Source of the DNA: an uncultured archaeon
GTDB lineage: Archaea > Asgardarchaeota > Lokiarchaeia > Sigyniarchaeales > SOKP01
DNA length: 27,794 nucleotides
Direction of reading: 5' to 3'
Assembly (NCBI GenBank): GCA_964447495.1
Contig: CAYUTF010000039.1
Location: forward strand, 1-27,794
The position numbers and the translations under genes are program-made. This document shows positions 25,895 to 27,794 of this stretch, piece after piece. Every line of letters begins with the position of its first letter. Position 1 is the first letter of the stretch. Below the pieces are notes generated by a model, which worked only from the letters and a program-made list of their open reading frames with translations, did no database searches and was not told where the DNA came from.

Positions 25895-27334
25895 TTAGTA
25901 ACCTAGTTTTAATTCTTTTTTTATATTATGAATCTTTGTTCTTAATTTTAGAGCTGACACAGCTTGAACTGCCTCCTCAATACTATGAAAAACGGGAATG
26001 TTTGAAAGTTCTAAAGCTTCAATTATCAATCCATATTTTTGAATATAAGGAATAAAACATATTAATGGTTTCTTTTTTTGAGCGATGATATTAGCTATTC
26101 TCCTCCCGATTTGGAATGAAATTGATGGAGCATATGGTAGAATGAGTAAAATAATACATTCAATACGATCTATATTGGAAAGATATTGAGTAATATTTTC
26201 AACATCTTCATCTTGGGCTGAACCAGTAAGGTCAATTGGATTATTAAATGAACCTATATAGCGAACAACGGGATTTACTGATTCTTTCATCTCATCTCTT
26301 TCCTTTTCAGTAAATTCTACAGCGGAAAGACCGTATTTTTTAAGTATGTCTACACAAATGACTCCATGCCCCCCTGAGAGGGACAATATAGCTACATTAC
26401 CATATATCATCATATTTTCTTCAAAGGGTTTTTTCTTCCGAGAGAGAATATTATATAATTTTAAAAATGTAAGCATCTCAATTTCTGAATTAGGTTGTAT
26501 GATTAAATTCTGTTTTAGAGCTGCTGAAAGAATCTTACTATCTCCAGATAAGCTCGCTGTATGAGATTTTGTTGCTCTCTTTCCTTTCTCCGTTAAACCG
26601 CCGAAAAAAGTAATTATCATATCTTCCGATTGTTTTGCTAATTCAAGAAAATTTCGAGCTCTATTTAACTTAAACCCTTCCAAATAAAATGCAATATTCG
26701 ATGTTTCTTTATCTTCTTTACTAAAATATTCTAACAACATTGTTTCATCAACAACAGCTCGATTACCAATAGATACCGCTGTGGACACTCCAATATTAAT
26801 TTCACTAAACTTGTGAAAGAATTGATCCACTAAAACACCTCCAGATTGGCTGATTAATGCAACAGATCCTTTTGGTGGTCGCGTTATTCGTTCTGTAGGC
26901 ATAAAAATGGTATCTAATAAAGGAGGAGAATAAACCCCTATGCAATTTGGACCTAATATAGCAATATCACTATCAAATGCGATTTTTTCTAACTTTCCTT
27001 GACGAATTATTCCTTCATTTCCTATTTCTGAGAATCCCCCTCCAATTATGATACAAGCTGGTATTCCTAAGTCAGCACAATCTTGCACATATTTTATGGT
27101 AACATCCGCAGGAATTGCAATAACTAAAAGATCGGGTATTTCGGGTAAGTCATCCAGTCTCTTATATAATGTTACTCCTTCAAGATTTCCTCCTTCGGGA
27201 TGGATTCCATAAACCTTTACCGTCATTTCAAACTCATTTTTTAAGAAAATAATTCTTCCAGGACTTAATGGATTCTTTTTGCTGATTCCAACTACAGCCA
27301 TCGATTCTGGTTTAAAGAGCTTTTTTAAATTCAT
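25895..27334 (-). CDS. ADP-forming acyl-CoA synthetase alpha subunit (CoA-binding plus two succinyl-CoA-ligase-like domains)
   Basis: LFKPESMAVVG, GGGFSE, LGPNCIG, ISQSGG, SIGN, YLEG, SHTASLSG (phospho-His), SGGHGV, NPIDLTG. Start is ATG 27334 or TTG 27340. Confidence 0.9.
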   Translation of the reverse strand: MNLKKLFKPESMAVVGISKKNPLSPGRIIFLKNEFEMTVKVYGIHPEGGNLEGVTLYKRLDDLPEIPDLLVIAIPADVTIKYVQDCADLGIPACIIIGGGFSEIGNEGIIRQGKLEKIAFDSDIAILGPNCIGVYSPPLLDTIFMPTERITRPPKGSVALISQSGGVLVDQFFHKFSEINIGVSTAVSIGNRAVVDETMLLEYFSKEDKETSNIAFYLEGFKLNRARNFLELAKQSEDMIITFFGGLTEKGKRATKSHTASLSGDSKILSAALKQNLIIQPNSEIEMLTFLKLYNILSRKKKPFEENMMIYGNVAILSLSGGHGVICVDILKKYGLSAVEFTEKERDEMKESVNPVVRYIGSFNNPIDLTGSAQDEDVENITQYLSNIDRIECIILLILPYAPSISFQIGRRIANIIAQKKKPLICFIPYIQKYGLIIEALELSNIPVFHSIEEAVQAVSALKLRTKIHNIKKELKLGY

Positions 27335-27495
27335 TAACAATCAACTTTTAGAATAACATTTTGAAGAAATTAATATTTAAATTAATTTTACATCCAATAG
27401 ATTATGAATGAATTAACTTAAATTCATATTTATTTTTGTGGATAATATTTTTTAATATTATTGTGTAATTTAAAGAGAGTATACAAATATTAATA

Positions 27496-27512
27496 AAGGA
27501 AATACCTTATTT
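27496..27512 (+). promoter_or_regulatory. AAGG-N5-MCTTATTT motif, copy 4
   Basis: AAGG-AAATA-C-CTTATTT(G) in the non-coding region upstream of the acyl-CoA synthetase. Confidence 0.45.
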
Positions 27513-27794
27513 GATTAATTTTTCATCAAAAGTAGTTAATAACTATTAAGGTATTGGTTTAAATAGTCTATTTTTTCTAAGCTAGTAAAATTCTATACTC
27601 TAATTAAGAGAAGGGAATAATAATTACAATTTTTATAAAAAATAAATTTGCCTTGAATCAATTTTTAGATTATGATAAATCGAAGCATCAATTATTTGAA
27701 AATATCTATTTAAAAGAGCAAAAATATGTAATAAAAATCCCTTTAAAGATTAATCATGATAATAATTCTAAGATAATTATTGAACATTTTGATC

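Noticed and set aside
23151-26564. ORFs 23151-23348, 24246-24455, 25619-25807 and 26346-26564
   Set aside because: Antisense to the P3A ATPase, the extended USP2 and the acyl-CoA synthetase.
27341-27794. About 450 nt without an ORF as a possible RNA gene or CRISPR leader
   Set aside because: Extremely AT-rich, with no GC-rich stems, tRNA features or repeat-spacer periodicity; most likely a promoter region.

Overview
Very AT-rich (roughly 28% GC by eye), gene-dense prokaryotic DNA. The A/V-type ATPase subunit set, GGTG/GGAG ribosome-binding sites, TATA-like boxes and gene families point to an archaeon, most plausibly Asgard/Lokiarchaeia (inference). From the left: a complete but unusually ordered A/V-type ATPase operon (transcribed K-C-H-F-E-A-B-D-I on the minus strand; subunit I is missing from the ORF track and runs off the left edge), then a divergent DUF47/VIT1-like pair, and an ATP-dependent activator with two 2-hydroxyacyl-CoA dehydratase/benzoyl-CoA-reductase-like subunits. 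These are followed by a USP, two membrane-embedded hydrolases, a K+-independent membrane H+-pyrophosphatase, an alpha-glucan phosphorylase, a P3A-type H+-ATPase, a second USP and an ADP-forming acyl-CoA synthetase alpha subunit. Three observations stand out. (1) All three classes of phosphoanhydride-driven proton pump sit within about 25 kb. (2) At least three genes appear to start at ATT, each preceded by the same 4-codon micro-ORF geometry (start-NNN-NNN-TAA-N-ATT). (3) A directional intergenic motif, AAGG-N5-MCTTATTT, occurs four times. No RNA genes, CRISPR arrays or mobile elements were seen.
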